From positions 53,927 to 117,926 of the forward strand of contig CAKOSZ010000005.1 of the NCBI GenBank assembly GCA_934119955.1: a DNA stretch of 64,000 bases. The letters run 5' to 3'. The notes under the pieces were generated by a model. It was not told the origin of the DNA. It saw nothing but the letters and a program-made list of their open reading frames with translations, and did no database searches. The stretch is from an uncultured Bacilli bacterium (lineage in GTDB: Bacteria; Bacillota_I; Bacilli_A; RF39; UBA660). The position numbers were made by a program, and so were the translations under genes. Below are positions 38,269-46,941 of this stretch, in pieces (the first letter of the stretch is position 1; every line of letters starts with the position of its first letter).

Positions 38269-38863
38269 TTCTTATTTAGATGAATTAATTAAAAATCCAA
38301 TCTGTGAACTTAATTATAATAGGGACTATGAATTATTAATAGCAGTTATGTTATCTGCTAATACAACAGATAAAGGAGTTAACAAAGTAACAAGTGTTTT
38401 ATTTAAAAAATACAAAAATTTAGAAGATTTAAATAATAGTAACATAGAAGATATTAAAAGTATTATTAAACCAATTGGTTCTTATAATAAAAAAAGTGAA
38501 TACATAAAAGAAATTGCAAATATTTTAATAAATAATTATAATTCTAAAATTCCAAATACTATTGAAGAATTAGTAAAACTACCAGGAATAGGTAGAAAAT
38601 GTGCCAGTGTAATACTTGCTGAGATATATGATATACCTGCATTTGCAGTTGATACCCATGTTATTAGAATTAGTAATCGATTAGGACTTGTTAATACCAA
38701 AGATCCAGTTAAAATAGAAAAAGAATTAAAAAAAGTATTTGATAAAAATACTTGGAATAAAAGACATAAACAATTAGTTTTATTTGGTAGATACTATTGC
38801 AAAGCCAAGAAACCAGATTGTAAAAATTGTAAATTACAAAATATTTGTCTTAAAAAAGATTGA
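38240..38863 (+). CDS. nth: Endonuclease III
   Basis: HhH-GPD motif LPGIGRKCASVIL...VDTHV. C-terminal 4Fe-4S cluster loop C-x6-C-x2-C-x5-C. Confidence 0.92.
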   Translation: MMKKNILQISSYLDELIKNPICELNYNRDYELLIAVMLSANTTDKGVNKVTSVLFKKYKNLEDLNNSNIEDIKSIIKPIGSYNKKSEYIKEIANILINNYNSKIPNTIEELVKLPGIGRKCASVILAEIYDIPAFAVDTHVIRISNRLGLVNTKDPVKIEKELKKVFDKNTWNKRHKQLVLFGRYYCKAKKPDCKNCKLQNICLKKD

Positions 38864-38906
38864 AAAATTCAATCTTTTTTGTTATCATTATAATAGAGGT
38901 TAGAAT

Positions 38907-40922
38907 ATGAATGATTATGACTTTATTCCTAAAAAATTAAAAAAGAAAAATAAAAATATAATTACTCTTGGTATAGTATCTTTAATAATAATATTATTAG
39001 GTTCAACATATGCTTTTTTCACATATTCTAAAAGTGTTCAAGCATTTACTTTAACAAGTGATATTATAAAAGCAGAATTTATAAGTGGAACTAATTCTAT
39101 TAATATTACAAATGCTTACCCCATAAGTGATGAATTTGCCTTAGCAAACTTAGATAAATTATCATATATAGATTTTACAGTTTTAAGTACTATAAATGAT
39201 TCAAATAAAGCGATTTCATATGAATTATATTTAACAGGTGATACTACTAATACCTTAGATAGTAATTATATTAAAGTTTTTTTAACAGATGAAAACAATA
39301 ATAAAATAACTAATCCTAAAATATATAATAGTTTAGAAAATACTACTTATCAAGCAGATAAACAAACAGGTAAAGTTATATATATTGGTAATAATCCAGG
39401 AGTAAAAACTAATAAATTTAGACTTTATGCTTGGATTGATAAAGATTATGAACAAAACACAATTTCTCAAACATTTAAGTTTAATGTTAATATCTATGCT
39501 TATAATGATACTAACAAAGAATTATCTCATATATTTATAAACGATTTAAAAGAAAAACAAACAGATACATGTAAAACTTATTTAGAAGAAGATGGAATTA
39601 CTTATGTATCAGGAACCAAAGATTGTATTAACTTTAATTATGTTTGGTATTCAGGAAAACTTTGGCGAATAACAGCCATTAACCCAGATGGAACCATGAA
39701 AATGATAACTGATGATCCAATTACAACTATTTCGTATGGAGAAGATGCAAATTTCTATGATATTTCAAAAAAAGATGATACATCTTATACTGGTTCCTAC
39801 ATGTATCAATGGTTAAATGAAGATTTTTTAGATACGTTATATAATTATAAAAACATAATAATTGAAGATAGTACATGGAATATAACTAATTCTAATGCAA
39901 GTAGTAATGATGACATTAGTACTAAATTACCCGAAACAACTTTAATAAATAATTCTATAATAAATAAAACTACCCCGATAGGGTTACTAAATAATTATGA
40001 ATATTATCTAAGTTATAAAAATTCTACAAGTGATTACACGAAAGGATATTTAAATATTAATTATTATTGGTGGTTATTAAATCCATATGGCTCTTCTTAT
40101 GTTTGGTCTGTTAATAATAATGGTAAAAGTCATCGTGGTTATCATAATACTTCTTCTCTTATCACAGGTGTTCGTCCAGTTGTAATCTTAAAATCTAATA
40201 TAAAATTTTCAGGTGGATCAGGCACAAAGGATGATCCATATACAATATCAGGAGATAAAGAACAGCCAACTATAAATACTGCATTATTGAATACTAGAAC
40301 AATAGGAGAGTATGTAATATTTGATGAAGATGGAAATATTTCAACTAAGGAAATTTATAGGATAGTTGATATTGAAGGCGGAAAAGTTAAATTAAATAAA
40401 GATGATTATGTAAAGAGTGGAACTACAACTTTAACTAAAAAATTTAGTACAAGTACAACATACGGAAATGGTACAAGTGATGATTACTGGGATTATTATT
40501 TGAATAATACATGGTATAATAGTTTGGCATCAAAAGATATGTTAGAAGAAGGAACGTATTATATAAATACAGTAACTGATGGTTCTTATAAAAATTCTTT
40601 ATGCAATGCAAGTAATACAACAGAAACTACCAAAGGTTGCACCAAGACAACAAACATATGGAATGGTTATGTAGGTTTGCCAAGATATGGAGATATGTTT
40701 GCGAGTCAACACGAAAATGATTATAATAGTAAAATTTATATATGGTTAATAACACCATATAGTTCTTCTAGTGTTTGGACTGTCAACTACAATGGTTTTG
40801 GTAAATCCGTTGATTTTTCCGTCGCCTATTGGGTTCGTCCATCAATTTATTTAAAATCAAATGTTGTAATAACAGGTGGATCTGGTACTAAAACTGATCC
40901 GTTCACAATTGCTTTAAAATAA
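38907..40922 (+). CDS. Large exported protein: anchor + shared N-terminal module + two copies of a WxL(N/T)PY...VRP..(I/Y)LKSN...GGSGTK.DP(Y/F)TI domain
   Basis: TM followed by GSTYAFFTYSKS. Internal duplication: YYWWLLNPYGSSYVWSV...GVRPVVILKSNIKFSGGSGTKDDPYTI versus YIWLITPYSSSSVWTV...WVRPSIYLKSNVVITGGSGTKTDPFTI. Confidence 0.7.
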   Translation: MNDYDFIPKKLKKKNKNIITLGIVSLIIILLGSTYAFFTYSKSVQAFTLTSDIIKAEFISGTNSINITNAYPISDEFALANLDKLSYIDFTVLSTINDSNKAISYELYLTGDTTNTLDSNYIKVFLTDENNNKITNPKIYNSLENTTYQADKQTGKVIYIGNNPGVKTNKFRLYAWIDKDYEQNTISQTFKFNVNIYAYNDTNKELSHIFINDLKEKQTDTCKTYLEEDGITYVSGTKDCINFNYVWYSGKLWRITAINPDGTMKMITDDPITTISYGEDANFYDISKKDDTSYTGSYMYQWLNEDFLDTLYNYKNIIIEDSTWNITNSNASSNDDISTKLPETTLINNSIINKTTPIGLLNNYEYYLSYKNSTSDYTKGYLNINYYWWLLNPYGSSYVWSVNNNGKSHRGYHNTSSLITGVRPVVILKSNIKFSGGSGTKDDPYTISGDKEQPTINTALLNTRTIGEYVIFDEDGNISTKEIYRIVDIEGGKVKLNKDDYVKSGTTTLTKKFSTSTTYGNGTSDDYWDYYLNNTWYNSLASKDMLEEGTYYINTVTDGSYKNSLCNASNTTETTKGCTKTTNIWNGYVGLPRYGDMFASQHENDYNSKIYIWLITPYSSSSVWTVNYNGFGKSVDFSVAYWVRPSIYLKSNVVITGGSGTKTDPFTIALK

Positions 40923-40932
40923 CAAAAAATAC

Positions 40933-40961
40933 TTGTAATTTGTTTTTAAATTTGTTAAAAT
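40933..40961 (+). promoter_or_regulatory. Promoter of the proS leader
   Basis: TTGTAA, 17-nt spacer, TGtTAAAAT (extended -10). Confidence 0.55.
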
Positions 40962-40967
40962 ATGCTT

Positions 40968-41155
40968 GTAAAAACCTTTGATAAAGGAATATGATGAATG
41001 ATTTATTTAAAGAGAGCTTTGTTTGGTGTAAAAAAGTAATAATAGTTTATTGTTCCTACCTTTTAGGTGTATTTCCGTGTTTGAGCGTTAATCAATTGAG
41101 TTAAATTAAGAATGGTACCGTCATATGACTTCTTTCCATTCTTTTTTATTTTTAA
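40968..41155 (+). ncRNA. T-box riboswitch leader, proline specifier (CCU)
   Basis: GA/K-turn ATGATGA, AG bulge AGAGAG, distal loop TGGTGTAA, specifier CCT followed by A. T-box AATTAAGAATGGTACCGTC. Terminator AAGAATGG/CCATTCTT plus T run. Confidence 0.8.
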
Positions 41156-41176
41156 TTATTATTTTAAGGAGGATTT

Positions 41177-42601
41177 ATGAAAAATGATAAGATAACTAGT
41201 CGTGATGTTGATTTTGCTAAATGGTATACTGATGTCGTATTTGCAGCCCATTTAGCAAGTTATACTGGTGTTAAAGGATGTATTGCTATTGAACCTAATG
41301 GGTATGCTATTTGGGAACGTATGCAAGAAATTCTTGATAAAAAGTTTAAAGAACTTGGTCATGTAAATTGCCAAATGCCAGTTTTAATACCTGAAAGTTT
41401 ACTTAAAAAAGAGGGAGAATTAGTAGAAGGTTTTGCTCCTGAAGTTGCTTGGGTTACAATGGGAGGATCCAAAGAATTAGAGGAAAGACTTTGTATTCGT
41501 CCTACTAGTGAAACTATGTTCAGTGATTACTATGCTAGTCATGTAAAGTCTTATAAAGATTTACCAATGCTTTATAATCAATGGTGTAATGTACTTCGTT
41601 GGGAAAAAGAAACAAGACCATTTTTAAGAAGTCGTGAATTTTTATGGCAAGAAGGTCATACTATTCATGAAACTAGTGAAGAAGCTGAAAAGGAAACAAG
41701 ACAAATGATGAAAGTTTACAAATGGTTTCATCATGAAATCCTTGCAATTCCAAGTATTACTGGACTTAAAACTGAAAAAGAAAAATTTGCTGGGGCTGAA
41801 TATACTTTAACAAATGAAGCCTTAATGTATAATGGGGTTAGTTTACAATGTGGTACTAGTCATTATTTTGGTCAAAAATTTTCTAAGGCTTATGATATAA
41901 AATTTAGAAATCGTCAAAATGAACTTGAATATGTATATCAAACATCTTGGGGAACAACAACAAGAATGATAGGTGGATTGATAATGGTTCATAGTGATGA
42001 TAAAGGTTTAGTATTACCACCTAGAATTGCTCCAAAACAAGTTGCTATTATTCCTATTTTCAAAACTGAAAAAGTTCTTGCTAAATGCGAAGAAATAAAA
42101 GAAGAATTAGAAAAAAACTCTATTTCTTGTTATATAGATCTAACTGATAAATCAGCTGGATTTAAATTTGCTGAGGCTGAGGTTAATGGAATACCTGTTA
42201 GAATTGAAGTAGGTGAAAGAGATTTAGATAATAATAAAATTACTTTTGTTCGTCGTGATACATCAATTAAATATACAGAATCTCTTGACATAGATATTTC
42301 ATCTTATGTTAAAGATTTATTAGAAACTATTCAACATGATATGTATGAAAGAGCTTTAAAAAGAAGAGATGAATTAACCTTTACTGCTAATAATTTAGAA
42401 GATGTAGAAAATATAATGAATAAACAACCTGGTTTTATTAAGGCTGATTGGTGTGGTAGTTTAGAATGTGAAATGAAAATGAAAGAAATTAAAGGAACTA
42501 AATCTCGTTGTATAGTAGAAAATGCTAAACCATTAACTGGTAAGTGTGTTGTATGTGGTAATGATGCTAAACACTTAGTTATTTGGGGGCAACAATATTA
42601 A
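41177..42601 (+). CDS. proS: Proline--tRNA ligase (short, archaeal/eukaryote-like type with C-terminal Zn-binding domain)
   Basis: 474 aa. N-terminus is FAKWYTDVV. Class II motifs and a C-terminal CGSLECE...CVVCG. Confidence 0.92.
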   Translation: MKNDKITSRDVDFAKWYTDVVFAAHLASYTGVKGCIAIEPNGYAIWERMQEILDKKFKELGHVNCQMPVLIPESLLKKEGELVEGFAPEVAWVTMGGSKELEERLCIRPTSETMFSDYYASHVKSYKDLPMLYNQWCNVLRWEKETRPFLRSREFLWQEGHTIHETSEEAEKETRQMMKVYKWFHHEILAIPSITGLKTEKEKFAGAEYTLTNEALMYNGVSLQCGTSHYFGQKFSKAYDIKFRNRQNELEYVYQTSWGTTTRMIGGLIMVHSDDKGLVLPPRIAPKQVAIIPIFKTEKVLAKCEEIKEELEKNSISCYIDLTDKSAGFKFAEAEVNGIPVRIEVGERDLDNNKITFVRRDTSIKYTESLDIDISSYVKDLLETIQHDMYERALKRRDELTFTANNLEDVENIMNKQPGFIKADWCGSLECEMKMKEIKGTKSRCIVENAKPLTGKCVVCGNDAKHLVIWGQQY

Positions 42602-42602
42602 T

Positions 42603-43520
42603 ATGATATTTGTAACTAGTAATAAATTAAAATATGAATCATGTAAAAAAATAATACCTTCTATTAAAAGAAAAGAATTAGATTTAGTTGAAATACAATC
42701 GTCTTCCCCAGTTGAAGTTGCTCTTAGTAAAGCAAAGACTGCTTTTTCATATTTTAATGAGCCTTTAATAATAAATGATTGTTCCTTTTGTATTCCATCC
42801 CTTAATAACTTTCCCGGAGTATATGCCTCATACGTAGAAAGTACTCTTGGTTATGATAATTTATTTAATTTAATGAAAACTAAAACTGATAAATCTTGCT
42901 ATTACCTTGATGTTTTAGTTTATATAGATTCTTATACTTATAAAGTTTTTACTTCCAAAACCTTGGGTCATATTGCAACTGATTATGTTGAAGGAGATTA
43001 TTTTCCATATGATAAATTATTTATAAAAGAAGGTGAAACTAAACCTATTTGTTTTACTAAAAATAATATGTATGAAAATGCTTGTTATCTTGAACTTAAA
43101 AAATATTTAGAAAAAAGAAAAGTTAGTCGTGGAATTACTTTCTTTGATGATAAAGTTTTACTTTTATATAGAAGAAGAAAAGAAAATGGTAAATATTTAG
43201 AATACTATGCAATACCAGGTGGTGGCATAGAAAATGAAACTTATGAAAGTGCTTGTATAAGAGAACTTAAAGAAGAAACTTCAATTGATGTTAAGATAAT
43301 TAAGTATTTAGGTTGTGAAGAATATGCAACTGGAATATGTTATTATTACTTAACTAAATATTTAAGTGGTGATATTAAACTTGGTGGGGAAGAATTAGAA
43401 AATAATAATCCTGATAACTATTATGAAACAAGACTTGTTTCTATAAAAGATTTAGATAATATCTTTATATATGGAATAGGTAAGGAATTAATTAAAGACA
43501 CTTTTAAATCTTTAAATTAA
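42603..43520 (+). CDS. Fusion protein: Ham1/RdgB-like non-canonical NTP pyrophosphatase + Nudix hydrolase
   Basis: N-terminus FVTSNKLKYES and NDCSFCIPSLNNFPGVYAS are Ham1-like. The C-terminal Nudix box is GGGIENETYESACIRELKEETSI. Confidence 0.7.
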   Translation: MIFVTSNKLKYESCKKIIPSIKRKELDLVEIQSSSPVEVALSKAKTAFSYFNEPLIINDCSFCIPSLNNFPGVYASYVESTLGYDNLFNLMKTKTDKSCYYLDVLVYIDSYTYKVFTSKTLGHIATDYVEGDYFPYDKLFIKEGETKPICFTKNNMYENACYLELKKYLEKRKVSRGITFFDDKVLLLYRRRKENGKYLEYYAIPGGGIENETYESACIRELKEETSIDVKIIKYLGCEEYATGICYYYLTKYLSGDIKLGGEELENNNPDNYYETRLVSIKDLDNIFIYGIGKELIKDTFKSLN

Positions 43521-43573
43521 TTCTTTTTAGTATCTAAATAAAATATTTTTCATATAATTTATTAGGTGGTTTT

Positions 43574-43948
43574 ATGTCTAAGGTAGAATTTAAGGAATTT
43601 GTTAGTAAAAATCCTCATTTAATAGATGTTGTTACAAGTGGTAAAACATCATGGCAAAAGTTATATGAAATATTTGATTTATACGGGGAATCTAGTAATG
43701 TCTGGGATAATTACAAAGAAAATAAAACTAGTAATAATACTACTAATCAAACTACTAGTACTAATTCTTCTCCTAATAACTTTAAAGACTTACTTAATAT
43801 GGTAAAAGGAATAGATTTAGAAAATGTTAGAAAAGGTCTTAATAGTTTAGATAAAGCAATCGATGCTTTTAAAGATTTAGTTCCATCTAAAAGTGTAGCC
43901 AAAGATTTATATGAAGCCCGTCCAACTTATAAGTATTTTGAGGATTAA
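43574..43948 (+). CDS. ylbD: YlbD-like putative spore coat protein
   Basis: FKEFVSKNPHLIDVVTSGKTSWQKLYEIFDLYGE resembles the recalled B. subtilis YlbD N-terminus. Synteny ylbD-ylbE-ylbF-rsmD. Confidence 0.65.
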   Translation: MSKVEFKEFVSKNPHLIDVVTSGKTSWQKLYEIFDLYGESSNVWDNYKENKTSNNTTNQTTSTNSSPNNFKDLLNMVKGIDLENVRKGLNSLDKAIDAFKDLVPSKSVAKDLYEARPTYKYFED

Positions 43949-43949
43949 T

Positions 43950-44171
43950 ATGAGTATAGAATGTCAAATGTATTTAAACAAAAATCAAAATTTAAAAAGA
44001 TTTTTACATGAAAACCCAAGATATTATAAGGTTTTAAATCGTGATCCTTCTTTTATTTATGAACTTGATAAAATAATGCGAGAAAAATATAAATTAACTT
44101 TACCAGATAGAATGGATAAATTTAAAAATAAATTAGATATGTTTTCAACTTTTATTGATATTTTTAATTAA
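43950..44171 (+). CDS. ylbE: YlbE-like protein
   Basis: LKRFLHENPRYYKVLNRDP resembles the recalled YlbE sequence (LKQFIREQPYWYRKLSRHP). Start set at the ATG at 43950. Confidence 0.6.
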   Translation: MSIECQMYLNKNQNLKRFLHENPRYYKVLNRDPSFIYELDKIMREKYKLTLPDRMDKFKNKLDMFSTFIDIFN

Positions 44172-44188
44172 TTTGGTATAATTAAATT

Positions 44189-44482
44189 GTGATGTTTATG
44201 GAATATAACGATTTAATTAATACCTTTTTTAATGAACTTGATAAGTGTTTACTTATTAAAGAAATAAAAGAATTAAAAACTAAGTTACTAAGTAATCAAG
44301 AATTACTTAAAAATATTGATACTTATCATTTAAATAAAACTGTTTTAAATAAAAAGAAATTATATGAATATCCTGATTATGTTAGATATTTAAATCTTGA
44401 AACTGAGGTTAATATTTTAATTAATAACATTAAAAGAAAAATGAATTTTACTAGTAGGAAGTGTAGTCATGAAAGTAATTAG
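44189..44482 (+). CDS. YlbF/YmcA-family regulatory protein (start uncertain: 44189, 44192 or 44198)
   Basis: Small helical protein at the ylbF position upstream of rsmD. An extended -10 TGgTATAAT at 44174-44182 lies just upstream. Confidence 0.5.
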   Translation: MMFMEYNDLINTFFNELDKCLLIKEIKELKTKLLSNQELLKNIDTYHLNKTVLNKKKLYEYPDYVRYLNLETEVNILINNIKRKMNFTSRKCSHESN

Positions 44483-45008
44483 TGGTTTTTTAAAAGGAAG
44501 AAATATAACAGGATTTAATATAGATGGAACTCGTCCTACAATGGATAGAGTTAAAGAAAGTGTATTTGCAAGTATTCAAGATTATTTAAAAGGAAGTATT
44601 GTTTTAGATTTATTTGCTGGATCTGGTAATCTTGGTATAGAATGTATTTCAAATTATGCTAAATTTGTTTATTTTAATGATAAAAACATAGAAAGTGTTA
44701 AAGTAATAAAGAAAAATTTAAGTAATTTTAATATTTTAAATGCTAAGGTTTTAAATCTTGATTATTTAAAATGTTTAAATACGCTTAATGAGAAGTTTGA
44801 TTTAATATTTTTAGATCCTCCTTATAAAATGAATGTTATTTCTAATATCTTAGATATTATTATTAAAAAAGATTTATTAACTAAAAATGGTTTAGTAATT
44901 TGTGAAAGTGAAAGTGAGATTACTTATAATAATTATGAATTATATAAATTTAAAAAATATGGTTCTAAAAAAGTATATATATTGAGGAGAAATTATGAAG
45001 ATAAATAA
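44469..45008 (+). CDS. rsmD: 16S rRNA (guanine966-N2)-methyltransferase RsmD
   Basis: TRPTMDRVKESVF, DLFAGSGNLGIE and DPPY motifs. Confidence 0.9.
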   Translation: MKVISGFLKGRNITGFNIDGTRPTMDRVKESVFASIQDYLKGSIVLDLFAGSGNLGIECISNYAKFVYFNDKNIESVKVIKKNLSNFNILNAKVLNLDYLKCLNTLNEKFDLIFLDPPYKMNVISNILDIIIKKDLLTKNGLVICESESEITYNNYELYKFKKYGSKKVYILRRNYEDK

Positions 45009-45159
45009 AAAAGGGTTTGCAATTTCAACTATTTTATATGGTTTAATATTTTTGAGTGTTGCAATTTTTTATATGATTATTAGAATAGTTGATGCTGAAA
45101 CTACGGCAAATGATAATTTTGTTGATGAGGTTAGAACAGAGCTTAACGAAAAAGAGTAA
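44995..45159 (+). CDS. Small membrane protein (54 aa) with pilin-like KKGF N-terminus, not in the ORF track
   Basis: RBS GAGGAGA precedes the ATG at 44995. Sequence is MKINKKGFAISTILYGLIFLSVAIFYMII... It lacks the Glu+5 of true prepilins. Confidence 0.4.
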   Translation: MKINKKGFAISTILYGLIFLSVAIFYMIIRIVDAETTANDNFVDEVRTELNEKE

Positions 45160-45232
45160 ATATTTGTCAAATAAACTTAATTAAATATAAATAGTTTTAA
45201 ATTTGTGATATTATTATAATAGAGGTGAGTTA

Positions 45233-46279
45233 ATGTTTAACTTAGTTGAAGCAAAACAATTTTATAATGAAAATTTTGAAAAAATTAGTAAGGCTAATAC
45301 TTGTGTTTTAACAGGAAATAGAAATCTATTAGATTCTGGATTAGAAAGTGTTTTAGAACATATTAATAATTTAAAAAGTAGTATAGATGATAAATGGGAT
45401 GATTGTTTATCTACTAATTTTAAATCAGGTCTTGAAATACTTGAAAATAATTTAAAAGAAATTAAAACAAGTGTTGAAGGAGAGTTTTTAGAAGCAGATA
45501 ATTTATATAAAGATTCTTATACTTTATTAGTAAGTTTAAATGGAGCAATTGATAATGCAACTAATTTAGAAAGAAATGAACCTGATCCGTATGAAGATAA
45601 GTATCGAGTAACTAAGGTAATTGATGGTTATACTAAAATAGTAACATCTAGTTCTTATTATTCAGATCATGAAAAGTGGGTAGGGGAATATAATGCTGTT
45701 AAAAATACTTGTTTAGATTTAATAGATAAGATTACTACAAATATTAATAGGTTAAATGAAATAAATGGAATTAATTTTCAAAGTGATACTACAAATATTC
45801 AAGTTAGTGTTACTAATTTAGGAACTGCTAATTTAGATTATAGTAGTACACCTGTAAGTGGTTTTACAGAAAGTTCAGGATTAAGTTTTGAGGTTACAAC
45901 AGGTAATCAAACTTATAATTTAAATGATGAAGATAAAAGACTTTTATATGCAGTTGTTGCAAGTGAAGCTGCTCATAATAAAGATGATGCTTTGGGAGTT
46001 ACCTCAGTTATTTTAAATAGATGTGAAGCCAGTGGTTTTGGAGGAAATAATCCAATTACAATTATAAAGGCTAAAAAACAATTTGAAGGTTATTTTGGGG
46101 GAAGTTATAAAAAATATTATAATAATTTATCCTTAGTTCCTGAGGAAGTAATTCAAGCAGTTGATGATTGCTTAAATGGTACAAGAAATACAAATGCCTT
46201 ATTTTTTAGATCAAATAATTCATATACTTATAGCAATAATTTAATTACTTCTAATGGTAATAGATATGGTAAGTGTTAA
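45233..46279 (+). CDS. Helical N-terminal domain (LXG-like?) fused to SleB/CwlJ-type cell-wall hydrolase domain
   Basis: The C-terminus LLYAVVASEAAHNKDDALGVTSVILNRCE...KKQFEGY fits the Hydrolase_2 (SleB) signature. The N-terminus is MFNLVEAKQF...VLTGN. No signal peptide. Confidence 0.6.
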   Translation: MFNLVEAKQFYNENFEKISKANTCVLTGNRNLLDSGLESVLEHINNLKSSIDDKWDDCLSTNFKSGLEILENNLKEIKTSVEGEFLEADNLYKDSYTLLVSLNGAIDNATNLERNEPDPYEDKYRVTKVIDGYTKIVTSSSYYSDHEKWVGEYNAVKNTCLDLIDKITTNINRLNEINGINFQSDTTNIQVSVTNLGTANLDYSSTPVSGFTESSGLSFEVTTGNQTYNLNDEDKRLLYAVVASEAAHNKDDALGVTSVILNRCEASGFGGNNPITIIKAKKQFEGYFGGSYKKYYNNLSLVPEEVIQAVDDCLNGTRNTNALFFRSNNSYTYSNNLITSNGNRYGKC

Positions 46280-46374
46280 ATCTATTTAAACTTTACTTTT
46301 TAGTAGAGTTTTTTTTCTGGTTATCTAGACAAACATTTAAAAGTTTATTATAATATTTATAGATAGGTGATATT

Positions 46375-46926
46375 ATGTACAGTTATATATTAGGTAGAAT
46401 TGAAAGTATAGAAAGTAGTCATATAGTAGTTGATAATAATGGAATAGGATATTTAGTTTATGTTCCAAATCCATATGCTTTTAAAGAAGGAGAAAATGAA
46501 AAAGTTTATATTTATCAACATATAAGAGAAGATGAAATGACATTATTCGGTTTTAAAACTAGTAATGAAAAAGAATTGTTTTTAAAATTAATTAATGTTA
46601 AAGGATTAGGACCAAAGATGGCTTTACCAATTCTTGCAATGGGTTCTATTGCTGGGATTGTTGATGCTATAAATAGAGAAAATTTACTTTATTTAAAGAA
46701 ATTTCCTAAAATAGGAGATAAACTTGCTAAACAAATGGTTCTTGATTTAAAAGGTAAAATTGAAGTTAATGGAGAGGTATTTGAAAATACAACTGATGAA
46801 GTATATGAGGCTTTGCTTGCTCTTGGTTATAAAGATAAAGATGTTAAAAATATAATTGGTCGAGTTAATAAAGAAGCAAGTATTGAAGAACAAATAAAAG
46901 AGGCACTTCGTTTAATGATAAAATAG
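46375..46926 (+). CDS. ruvA: Holliday junction branch migration complex subunit RuvA
   Basis: MYSYILGRIE..., HhH motifs (VKGLGPKMAL, KIGDKLAKQ). Precedes ruvB. Confidence 0.92.
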   Translation: MYSYILGRIESIESSHIVVDNNGIGYLVYVPNPYAFKEGENEKVYIYQHIREDEMTLFGFKTSNEKELFLKLINVKGLGPKMALPILAMGSIAGIVDAINRENLLYLKKFPKIGDKLAKQMVLDLKGKIEVNGEVFENTTDEVYEALLALGYKDKDVKNIIGRVNKEASIEEQIKEALRLMIK

Positions 46927-46941
46927 AAAGGCAGGGGGCAT

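Noticed and set aside
44174-44200. Leaderless transcript for the ylbF-like gene, from the extended -10 TGgTATAAT ending 7 nt before GTG/ATG
   Set aside because: There is no clear -35 element, and the gene can equally be co-transcribed with ylbD and ylbE. The evidence is too thin to report as a feature.
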